This document shows positions 31,301 to 45,131 of a stretch of DNA of 64,000 nucleotides, piece after piece. Numbering within the stretch: position 1 is the first letter of the stretch; every line of letters starts with the position of its first letter. The translations under genes were made by a program, and so were the position numbers. Source of the DNA: the human T2T-CHM13v2.0 reference genome, Homo sapiens; the NCBI RefSeq assembly GCF_009914755.1, contig NC_060939.1. One strand, 5' to 3'. The notes beneath the pieces were generated by a model. It ran no database searches, was not told where the DNA came from, and was given only the letters and a program-made list of their open reading frames with translations.

Positions 31301-34300
31301 GAAGTTGGAGGCCTATATCGAAAACGAAATATCTTCACATAAAAACTAGACAGAAGTATTCTGAGAAACTTCTTTGAGATGTATCCTTTCATCTCACAGA
31401 ATTGAACCTTACTTTTGATGGAGCAGTTTGGAGACAGTCTTTTTGTAGTATCTGCGGAGGGATATCTGAGAGCAGTTTAAGGCCTATGGTGAAAAAGGAA
31501 ATATCTTCACATAAAAAATAGGCAGAAGCATTCTGAGAAACTTGTTTGTGATGCGTGCATTCAACTCAAAGAGGTGAAACTTTCTTTGGATTGAGCAGTT
31601 TGGAAATAGTCCTTTTGCAGAATCTGCAAAGGGATATTTCTCAGTCCATTGAGGCCTATGGTGAAATAGGAAATAACTTCTCATAAAAACCAGACAGAAG
31701 GTTTCTGAGAAACTTCTTTGAGATATGTGCTTTCATCTCACAGAGCTGAACCTTTCTTTTGGTTCAGAAGTTTGGAAACAGTCTTTGTGTAGAATCTGCA
31801 AAGCACTATTTTTGAGCACCTTCTGGACTATGGTGAAACAGAAAATATCTTCACATAAAAACTAGACAGAAGCTTTCTGAGAAACTTCTTTATGATGTGT
31901 TCTTTCATCTCACAGAGTTGTAACTTTCCTTTGGTTGAGCAGTTTGGAAACACTCTTTATGGGGAATCTGCAAGTGGATATTTGGAGTCCTTTGTGGCCT
32001 ATAGTGGAAAACGAAATATCTTCACATAAAAACTAGAGAGAATCATTCTGAGAAACTTCTTTGTGATGTGCACGTTCATCACAAAGAGTTGAACATTTCT
32101 TTCAATTCAGCAGTTTGGAAACAGTCCTTTTGTAGAATCTGTGAAGGGATATTTCTCAGCCCATTGATGCCTATGGATGAAATAGGAAATATTCTCACAT
32201 TAAAAACTAGACAGAAAATTTCTGAGAAACTTCTTTATGATATGTGGTTTCATCTCACAGAGTTGAACCGTTCTTTTGTTTGAGCAGTTTGGAAACACAT
32301 TTTTTGTAGAATCTGCAAGTGGATATTTGGAGCACATTGAGGCCTATGGTGGAAAACGGAATATTTTTACATAAAAATTAGACAGAAGCATTCTGAGAAA
32401 CTACTTTGTGATGTGTGCATTCAACCCACAGAGTTCAACCTTTCTTTTGATTCAGCAGTTTTGAAACACTCTTTTTGTAAAATCTGACAGTGGATTTTTG
32501 GAGTGCTTTGAGGCCTACGGTGGAAAAGGAAATATCTTCACATAAATAGTACACAGAAGCATTCTGAGAAACTTCTTTGTGATGTGTGCGTTTAACTCAA
32601 AGAGTGCAATCCTTCTTTAGATTGAGCAGTTTTGAAAGACTTATTTTGCAGAATCTGCAAGTGGATGTTTGGAGCGCTATGTGGCCTTAAGTGGAAAAGG
32701 CAATATCTTCACATAAAAACTAGACAACAGCATTCTGAGAAACTTCTTTGTCATGTGTGCATTCATCTCACAGAGTTGAAGCTTTCTTTTGATTGAGCAG
32801 TTTTGAAACACTCTTTTTGTAGAATCTCCAATTGGATACTTGGAGTGTTTTGAGGCCTATGGTAGAAAAGTAAATATTTTCACGTGAAAACTACACAGAA
32901 GCATTCTGAGAAATTGGTTTGTGATGTGTGCATTCAACACACAGAGTTGAACCTTTCTTTTGATTGAGTAGTTTTGAAACACACTTTTTTTTAGGATCTG
33001 CAAGTGGATATTTGCTATGCTTTGTGGCCTAATGCGGAAAAGGATATATTTTCACATAAAAACTACGGAGAAGCATTCTGAGAAACTTCTTTGTGATGTG
33101 TGCATTCATCTCACAGAGTTCAACCTTTCTTTTGATTGAGCAGTTTTCAACCACTCTTTTTGTAGAGTGTGCAAGTGGATATTTGGAGCACTTTGAGGCT
33201 TATGGTGGGAAAGGAAATATCTTCACATAAAAACTACAGCGAAGCATTCTGACAAAGTTCTTTGTGTTGTGTGTGTTCAACTCACAGAGTTGAGTCTTTC
33301 TTTTGATTGAGCAGTTTTGAAACACTCTTTTTTTAGAATCTGCAAGTGGATATTTCGAGTGCTTTGCAGCCTCTGTTGGAAAAGGAAATATCTTCACATA
33401 AACTAGACAGAAGCAATCTGAGAAACTTCTTTGTGATGTGTGCATTCATCTCACAGAGTTGAAACTTTCTTTTGATTGTGAAGTTTTCAAATACTCTTTT
33501 TGTAGAATCTGCAAGTGGATATTTGGAGGCCTTTGTGACCTACAGGGGAAAAAGAAATATCTTCACATAAAAACTAGACAGAAGCATTCTGAGAAACATC
33601 TTTGTGATATGTGCATTCATCTCACAGAGTTGAAATTTTCTTTTTATTGACCAGTTTTGAAACGCTCTTTTTGTACAGTCTGCAAGTGGATAATCATAGT
33701 GCTTTGAGGCCTATGGTGGAAAATGAAATATTTTCACAATAAAATTAGACAGAAGCGTTCTGTGATACTTCTTTGTGATATGTGCATTCATCTCACAGAG
33801 TTGAACCATTATTTTGATTGAGTAGTTTTGAAATACTCTTTTTGTAGAATCTGCAAGTGGATATTAGGAGCACTTTGTGGCCTATGGTGGAAAAGGAAAT
33901 ATCTTCACATAAAAACTAAAGAGAAGCATTCTTAGCTACTTTGTTTTGTGTGCATTTATCTCACAGAGTTAAACCATTCTTTTGATAGAGCAGTTTTGAA
34001 TGTCTCTTTTTGTAGAATCTGCAAATGGATATTGGGAGCGCTTTGAGGCCTATGGTGGAAAAAGAAATATCTTCACATAAAAACTACAGAGAAGCATTCT
34101 GAGAAACTTCTTTGTGATGTGTGCATTCAACTCACAGTGTTCAACCTTTCTTTTGATTGAGCAGTTTTGAAACACTCTTTTTGTAAAATCTGCCAGTGGA
34201 TATTTGGAGCGCTTTGAGGCCTATACTGGAAAAGGAAATATCTTCACATAAAGAGCAGACAGAAGCATTCTGAGAAACTTCTTTGTGACGTGTGCATTCA

Positions 34301-37300
34301 CCTCACAGAATGGAACCTTTCTTTTGATAGAGCAGTTTTGAAGGACTCCTTTTGTAGAACCTGCAATTGGATATTTGGAGTGCTATGTGGCCTTAAGTGG
34401 AAAAGGCAATATCTTCACATAAAAACTAGACAGAAGCATTCTGAGACATTTCTTTGTGATGTGTGCATTCATCTCTCAGAGTTGAAGCTTTCTTTTGATT
34501 GAGCAGTTTTGAAACACTCTTTTTGTAGAATCTGCAAGTGGATATTTGGAAGCACTTTGCGGTCTATAGTGGAAAAGGAAATATCTTCACATAAATATTT
34601 GTCAGAAGCATTCTGAGAAACTTCTTCTTCATGTGTGCATTCATCTCACAGAGTTGACTCTTTCTTTAGATCGAGCAGTTTTGAAACACTCTTTTTGTAG
34701 TATCTGCAAAGGGATACCTGGAGTGGTTTGAGGTCTATGGTGTAAAAGGAAATATCTTCACCTAAAAACTAGAGAGAAGCATTCGAAAAACTTCTTTGTG
34801 GTGTGTGCATTCATATCACTGTCTTGATCCATTCTTTTGACTGAACAGTTTTGAAACACTCTTTGTGTAGAATCTGCAAGTGGATATTTGGAGCCCTTTG
34901 GGGCCTATTGTGGAAAAGGAAATGTCTTCACATAAATACTAGACAGAAGCATACTGAGAAACTTCTTTGTGATGTGTGCCTTCATCTCACTGAGCTGAAA
35001 CTTTCTTTTGATTGAGCAGTTTTGAAACACTCTTTTTATAGAGTGTGCTAGTGGATATTTGGAGCGCTTTGATGTTTATGGTGGAAAAGCAAACATCTTC
35101 ACATAAAAACTACAGAGAATCATTCTGACAAAGTTCTTTGTGCTGTGTGCTTTCAACTCACAGAGTTGAACCTTTCTTTGATTGAGCAGTTCTGAAACAC
35201 TCTTTCTGTAGAATCTGCAAGTGAATATTTGGAGCACTGTATGGCCTCTGGTGGAAAAGGAAATATCTTCACATAAAATCTAGACAGAAGCATTCTGAGA
35301 AATTTCTTCATGATGTATGCATTCATCTCACAGAGTTGAATCTTTCTTTTGATTGAGCAGTTTTGAAACACTCTTTTTGTAGAGTCTGCACGTGGATATG
35401 TGGAGCACTTTGAAGACATGATAGAAAAGGAAATATCTTCACATAAGAACTAGACAGAATCATTCTAAGATACTTCTTTGTGATGTGTACATTCAACTCA
35501 CAGAGTTGAACATTTCTTTTGATTGAGCAGTTTTGAAACACTCTTTTTGTAGAATCAGCAGTTGGATATTTAGAACGCTTTGAGGCCTATGGTGGAAAAA
35601 GAAATATCTTCACATAAAAACTAGACAGAAGCATTCTGAGAAACTTTTTTGTGATGTGTGCATTCAACTCACCAAGTTGAACATGTCTTTTTATTGAGCA
35701 GTTTGGATACATTCTTTTCGTACCATCTTCAAATTTGTATTTGGACAGCTTTGAGGCCTAAAGTGGAAAAGGAAATATCTGCACATAAAAACTAGACAGA
35801 AGCATTCGGAAAAACTTCTTTGTGATGTGTGCATTCATCTCACAGAGTTGAACCATTCTTTTCATTGAGCAGTTTTGAAACACTCTTTGTAGAATCTGCA
35901 AGTGGATATTTGGATCTCTTTGAGGCATACAGTGGAAAAGAATATATCTTCCCTTAAAAACTAGCCAGAAGCATTCTGAGAAAGTTCTTTGTGGTGCGTG
36001 TATTCAACTCACAGAGTTCAAACTTTATTCTGATTGGGCAGTTTTGAAACACACTTTTTGTAGAATCTGCAATTAGATATTTGGATCGCTTTGCGGCCTC
36101 TTGTGGAAAAGGAAATATCTTCATATAAAAACTACAGGGAATCATTTTGAGAAACTTCTTTGTGATGTGTGCTTTCAGCTCGCAGAGTTGAAACTTTCTT
36201 TTGATTGAGAAGTTTTGAAACACTCTTTTTGTAGAATCTGCAAGTGGATATTTAGAGTGCTTTGACGCCTATGGTGGAAAAGGAAATATCTGCACATGAA
36301 AACTAGAGAGAAGCATTCTGAGAAACTTCTTTGTGTTGTGTGCATTCATCTCACAGAGTTGAACTTACTTTTTGTTGAGCAGTTTGGAAACACTCTTTTT
36401 GTAGAGTCTGCCATTGGATATTTGGAGCGCTGTGAATCCTATGGTGGAAAAGGACATATCTTCACATAAGAACTATAAAGCAGGTTTTCTAAAAACAACC
36501 TTGTGATGTGTGCATTCATCTCACAGAGGTAAGTGTTTCTTTTCTCCTATCAGTCTGGAAACTCTGTTCTTGTACAATCTCAAAGGGGGTATTTTTGAGC
36601 ACTTTGAGGCCTATTGTGACAAAGGAAATATCTTCACATTCAAAGTATAAAGAAAGTTTCTGAGATACTTCTTTGTGATATGTGTATTCATCTCACAGAT
36701 TTGAACGTCTCTTTTAATTTAGCCCTTTGGAAACAGTCTTTTGGAAGAATCTGCAAACGGATATATGTGAGCACTTTGAGGACTATGCAGGAAAAGAAGT
36801 ATCTTCACAGAAAACTATAAAGTAGGTTTCTGAGAAACTGTTCTTTGATGTCTGCATTCATTTCACAGAGGTAAACAATTATTTTCTTTGATCAGTTGGG
36901 AAACTCTGTTCTTGTAGGATCTGCTTAGGGACATTTTTGAGTGCTTAGAGCCCTATGGTGAAAAAGATATTGTCTTCACATAAAAACTAGACAGAAGTCT
37001 ACTGAGAAACTTCTTGGTGATGTGCGCATTCATCTCACAGAATTGTAACTTTCCTTTGATTAATCAGTTTAGAAACGTCTTTTTGTGGAATCGGTAAAGG
37101 GATATTTCTGATCACTTTGAGGCCTATGGTGAAACAGAAAGTATCTTCACATAAAAACTAGACTAAAGATTTCTGAGAAACTGCTTTGCGATGTATGCAT
37201 TCATCTCACAGAGTTCAATAATTCTTTTGATGGAGCAGTTGGGAAACCACCTTTTGGTAGAATCTGCAAAGGGATATTTGTGAGCACTTTGAGGACTATG

Positions 37301-40300
37301 GTTAAAAGGAAATATCTTCACATAAAAACTATAAAGAAGGTTTGTGAGAAACTTCTTTATGATGTGTGCATTCATCTCACAGAGTTGAACCATTCCTTTG
37401 ACTCAGTGGTTTGGAAACAGTCTTTTTTAGGATCTGCAAAGGGATATTTTTGAGCACTTTAAGGCCCATGGTGAAAAAGGAAACACTTTCACATAAAAAC
37501 AAGATAGATGCTTTCTGAGAATCATCTTTTTGATATTTGCATTTATCCCACAGAGGTGAACCTTTCTTTTGATGAGCATTTTGGAAGCAGTATTTGGTAG
37601 AATTTCCAAAGGGTTATTAGTTAGTGTTTTGTGTCCTATGTTGGAAAATGAATTATTTTTACATAAAAACTAGACAGAATAATTCTGAGAAACTGCCTTG
37701 TGATGTGTCCTTTCATCTCACAGAGGTAACCATTTCTTTTCATTGAACAGATTGGAAATTCTGTTCTTGTAAAATCTGCAAAGAGATATTTGTCAGCACT
37801 TTGAGGCCTATGGTGAAAAAGGAATTATCTTCACATAAAAACTAGACGGAAGCTTTCTGTGAAACATCTTGGAGATACGAGAATTCATCTCACAGAGTTG
37901 AAACATTCTTTTGATTGGGCAGTTTGTAAACAGTATTTTGGTAGAATCTGCAAATGGATATTTGTGATGCTTTGAAGCCTATGGTGAAAACAAATAATTT
38001 CACATGAAAACTAGAGAGAAGCATTCTGAGAAACCTCCTTGTGATGTGTGCATTCATCTCACAGATTTGAAACTTTCTTTGGATTGAGCAATTTAGAAAC
38101 AGTATTTTTGTAGAATCTGTAAGGGCATATTTTTGAGTGGTATGAGGCCTATGATGAAATAGGAAATATCTTCACATAAAAACTAGACAGAAACTTTCTG
38201 AGAAACTTCTTTGTGATGTGTACATTCATCTCATAGAGTTCAACCATTCTTTTGATTGAACAGTTTGGAAACAGTCTTTTTGTAGAATCTGCAAAGGGAT
38301 ATTTATGAGTGCTTTGAGGCCTATGGTTAAAAAGGAAATGTATTCACATAAAAAGTATAAACAAGGTTTCTCAGAAACAGCTTTATGATGTATGCATTCA
38401 TCTCACAGAAGTAAACGTTTCTTTTCTCTGATCTGTCTGGAAACTGTTCTTGTAGATTCTGCAAAGGGATAATTGTGAGTGCTTTGAGGCCTATGGTGAT
38501 AAAGGAAATATCTTCACATAAAAATTAGAGAGAGGCTTTCTGAGAAACCTCTTTGTGATGTGGACATTCATCTCACAAAGTTGAAACTTACTTTTGATTG
38601 AGCAGTATGGAAACTGTCTGTTTGTGGAATCTGCAAAGGGATATTTATGAGAGCTTTGAGGCCAATGGTGAAAAAGGAAATATATTCATATAAAAGGTAT
38701 AAAGAAGGTTTCTTAGAAAGAGATTTGTGGTGTGTGCATTGATCTCAGAGTGGTAAACGTTTATTTTCTGTGATCAGTCGGAAAACTCTGTTCTTGTAGA
38801 ATCTGCAAAGGGATATTTGTGAGTGCTTTGAGGCCTATGGTGAAAAAGGAAATATCTTCACATAAAAACTAGACAGAAGCTTTCTTAGTGGCTTCTTTGT
38901 GATGTGTGCAATCATCTCACAGAGTTGAACCATTCTTTTGATTGAGCAGTCTGGAAAGAGTGTTTTTATAGAATCTGCAAGGGATATTTGTCACGACTTG
39001 GAGTGCTATGGTGAAAAAGGAAATATCTTCACATAAAAAATGGACAGAAGATTTCTGAGAAACCTCTTTGAGATGTGTGCATCCATCTCACAGAGTTCAA
39101 CCATTTATTTGATTGAGCAGTTGGGAAGCAATCTTTTTGCAGAATCTACAAAGGTATATTCCTGAGCACTTTGAGGCCTGTGGTGGAAAAGGAAATATCT
39201 TCACATAAAAACTAAAAAGAAGGTTTCTGAGAAACTTCTTTGTGATGTACGCATTCATCTCACAGAGTTGAACTATTCTTTTGATTGAGCACTTTGGAAA
39301 CAATCTTTTTGTAGAATCTGCAAAGGGATATTTTTGAGCACTTTGAGTCCTAGGGAGAAAAAAGAAATATTATCACATAAAAAGTATAAAGAAGGTTTCT
39401 GAGAAACAGTTTTGTGATGTGTGCATTCATCTCACAGAGAAAAACGTTTGTTTTCTTTGTTCAGTCTGGAAATTCTGTTCCTGTAGTATCTGCTAAGGGA
39501 TAATTGTGAGCAGTTGGAGGCCTATGGTGAAAAAGGAAATGTCTTCATATAAAAATTAGACAGAAGCCTCCTGCGAAACTTCTTAGTGATTTGTGGATTC
39601 ATCTCAGAGTTGAAACTTTCTATTCATTGAGCCATTTGGAAACAGTCTTTTTGTAGACTCTGCAAATGGATATTTGGAGCACTTTGAGGCCTATGGTGAA
39701 AAATGAAATATATTCACATAAAAACCAGACTGAAAGTTTCTGAGAAACTTCTTTGAGATGTGTGCATTCATCTCACAAACTTCAATAATTCTTTTTATTG
39801 AGCGATTTGGAACAATCTTTTTGTAGAATCTGCAAAGAGATATTTGTGAGGGCTTTGAGGCCTATGGTGAAAAACGAAATATGTTCACAGAAAAACTATA
39901 AAGAAGGTTTCTGAGAAACTTCTTTGTGATGTGTGCATTCATCTCACACAGTTCAACCTTTCTTTTGATTGAGCAGTTTGGAAACAGTCTTTTTAAATAT
40001 TCTTCAAGTGGATACTTGTAAGCACCTTGAGGCTCATGGGGATAAAGGAAACATTCACATAAAAAATTAATAGAAGCTTTCTGAGAAACCACTTTTTGAC
40101 ATGTGCATTCATCTCACAGAGTTGAACCTTTGTTTTTATTGAGCCGTTTGGAAACAGTCTTTTTGTAGACTCTGCAAATGGATATTTTGAGCACTTTGAG
40201 GTCTATCATGAAAAAAGGAAATATATTCACATAAAAACTAGACTGAAGGATGGTGAGAAACTTCTTTGAGCTGTGTGCATTCATCTGACAGTGTTCAATA

Positions 40301-41348
40301 ATTCTTTTTATTGAGCAGTTTGGAAACAGTCTTTTTGTAGAATTTGCAAAGGGATATTTGTGAGGTCTTTGAGGCCTATGTTGAAAAACGAAATATCTTC
40401 ACAGAGAAACCATAAAGAAAGTTTCTGAGAAACTTCTTTGGATGTGTGCATTCATCACACAGAGTTGAAATATTCTTTGGATTGAGCAGTTTCCAAACAG
40501 TCTTTTTGTAGAATCTGCAGAGGGATATTTGTAGCACTTTGAGGCCTATGGTGAATAAGGAAATATATTCACATAAAAACTAGACAAAATTTTTCCGAGA
40601 AACTTTTTTTGATGTGTGCATTTATCTCGTAGAGTTTAACATTTGTTTTGATTGAGCAGTTTGGAAACAGTTTTTTTGTAGAATCTGCAAAGGGATATTT
40701 AGGAGCAAGTTGAGGCCTATGGTGGAAAAGGAAATATCTTCACATAAAAACTAGAAAGAAGCATCCTGAGAAGCTGCTTTAAGATATGTGTACTCATCTC
40801 ACAGATGTAAACATTTCTTTTCATTGAGCAGTTTGTAAACTCTGTTATTCTAGAGTCTGTAAGGGATAAGTTTGAGTACTTTGAGACGCACGTTGAAAAA
40901 GGAAGTATCTTCACATAAAAACTAGTGAGAAGCTTGCTGAGAAACTACTTTCTGATGTGTGCAGTCATCTAACAGAGTTGAAACTTTCTTTTGATTGAGC
41001 AGTTTGGAAACAGTCTTTTTGTAGATTCTGCAAAGGTATATTTGGGAGTGCATTGAGGCCTATGTTCAAAAAGGAAATATCTTCAAATAAAACTCAGAAG
41101 GAAGTTTTCTGAGAAACTTCTTTGAGATGTACACATTCGTCTCACAGGGTTGAACCATTCTGTTTATTGAGCAGTTTGGAAACAATCTTTTTGTAGAATC
41201 TGCAAAGGGATATCTGTGAGTGCATTGAGGCATATGGTGAAAAAGGAAATATCTTCACATTAAAAGTAGAAAGAAGTTTTCTGAGTAACTCATTTGTGAC
41301 ATGTGCATTTATCACACAGAAGTAAAAATTTCTTCCCATTGAGCAGTT
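25313..41348 (+). repeat. Monomeric alpha satellite, forward orientation, several monomer-type layers
   Basis: ~171-bp period. Monomer signatures change at ~27.7, ~29.5, ~32.3 and ~36.5 kb. Confidence 0.97.
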
Positions 41349-43559
41349 AGTTTTTATGTGAAGATATTTCCGTTTTCGCCATAGACCTCAAACCGCCTAC
41401 ATATATCCCTTTGCAGATTCTACAAAAAGAGTGTTTCCAAACTACTCAATCAAAGAAAGCTTCCATTCTGTGAGATGAATGCACACATCACAGAGAAGTT
41501 TCTCAGAAAGTTTCTGTCTAGTTTTTATTTGTTGATACTCCCTTTTTCACCATAGGCCTCAAACCGCTCATTAATAACCCTTTGCAGATTCTACAAAAAG
41601 ACTGTTTCCAAACTACTCAATCAAAAGAAAGCTTCAACTGTGTGAGGTGAATGCACACATCACAAAGAAGTTTCTCAGAAAGCTTCTGTCTAGTTTTTAT
41701 TTGAAGATGTTTCCTTTTTCAATATAGGCCTCAAAGTGCTCACAAATGTCCCTTTACAGATTTTACAAATGACTGTTACCAAACTGCTCAACTGAAACAA
41801 AGCTTCAACTCTTTGAGATGAATGCACACATCACAAAGAAGTTTCTCAGAAAGCTTCCGTCCAGTTTTTATGTGAAGATATTTCCTTTTTCACCATAAGT
41901 CTCAAAGCATTCAAATTATCACTTTGCAGATTCTACAAAAAGACATTTTCCAACCTGCTCTATCTAAAGAAAGGTTTAACTCTGTGAGAAGAATGCACCC
42001 ATCAAAAATAAGTTTCTCAGAATGCTTCTGTCTAGTTTGTATCTGAAGACATTTCCTTTTTCACCATAGGCCAAAAAGGGATCCCAAATATCCCTTTGTA
42101 CATTCTACAAAGGACTGTTTCCAAACTGCTCAATCCAAAGACAGGTTCAACTTTTGGGATGAATGCACACATCACAACGAAGTTTCTCAGAAAGCTTCTG
42201 TGTCGTTTTTGTGTGAAGATATTACTTTTTTCACCATAGGCTTCAAAGGGCTCACAAATATCACAAAGCAGATTCTACAAAAAGACTCTATCCAAACTGG
42301 TCAAGGAAAAGAACACTTCAAATCTGTGAGATGAATGTGCACATCTCAAAGAATTTTCTCAGAAAGCTTCTGTCTAGTTGTTATGTGAAGATATTTCCGT
42401 TTTCACCATAGACCTGAAACCGCCTATATATAACCCTTTGCAGATTCTACAAAAAGACTGTTTCCAAATGGCTCAATCAAAGGAAGCTTCTGCTCTGTGA
42501 GATGAATGCACATATCAGAGAGAAGTTTCTCAGAAAGTTTCTGTCTAGTTTTTATTTGTTGATACTCCCTTTTTCACCATAGGCCTCAAACAGCTCGTAA
42601 ATAACCCTTTGCAGATTCTACAATAGGACTGTTTCCAAACAGCTCAATCAAATGAAAGTTCAGCTGTGTGAGATGAATGCACACATCAAGAAGAAGTTTC
42701 TCAGAATGTTTCTGTCTAGTTTTTATGTGAAGACACTTCTTTTTCACCATAAGCCTGAAAGTGTTCCCAAATTTTCCTTTGCAGATTCTATGAAAAGACT
42801 GTTTCCAAACTGCTCAATCAAAAGAAAGGTTCAATTCTGTGTGATGAATGCACACATCACAACGAAGTTTCTCAGAAGGCTTCTGTCTAGATTTTATTTG
42901 TGGATATTTCCTTTTTCACAATAGGCCTCAGAAAGCTCACAAATATCACTTTGCATATTCTACAAAAAGGCTGTTTCCAATCTGCTCAATGAAAGAAAAT
43001 TAAACTCTGTGAGATGAATGCATGCATTGCAAAGTGGTTTCTCAGAATGCTTCTGTCTAGTTTTTATATGAAGATATTTCCTTTTTCATCACATGCCTCA
43101 AAACACTCAAAAACATCTATTTGCAGATTCTCCAAAAAGACTGTTTCCAAACTGCTCAATCAAAAGAAAGATTCAAGTCTTTGAGATGCATACACTCATC
43201 ACAAAGAAGTTTCCCAGAAAACATGAGTCTAGTTTTTATATGAAGATATTTCCTTTTTCACCATAAGCATCAAAGTGTTCACAAATATCACTTTGCAGGT
43301 TCTACGAAAAGACTGTTTCCAAACTGGTGAATCAAAAGAAAGTTTCAACTCTGTGAGATGAATGCACACATCACAAAGAAGTTCTTCAGAAAGCTGCTGT
43401 CTACATTTTATTTTTCGATATTTCCTTTTTCACCATTGGATTCAAACCACTGAAACATATCACTTTGCAGATTCTACAAAAAGACTGTTTCCAAACTGCT
43501 CAATCAAAAGAAAGGTTCAACTCTGTGAGATGAATGCACACATCACAAAGAAGTTCCTC
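41349..43559 (-). repeat. Monomeric alpha satellite, reverse orientation
   Basis: Begins AGTTTTTATGTGAAGATATTTCC. Monomers carry AAATATCCCTTTGCAG and AAAGACTGTTTCC. Confidence 0.97.
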
Positions 43560-45131
<1,572 letters not shown>

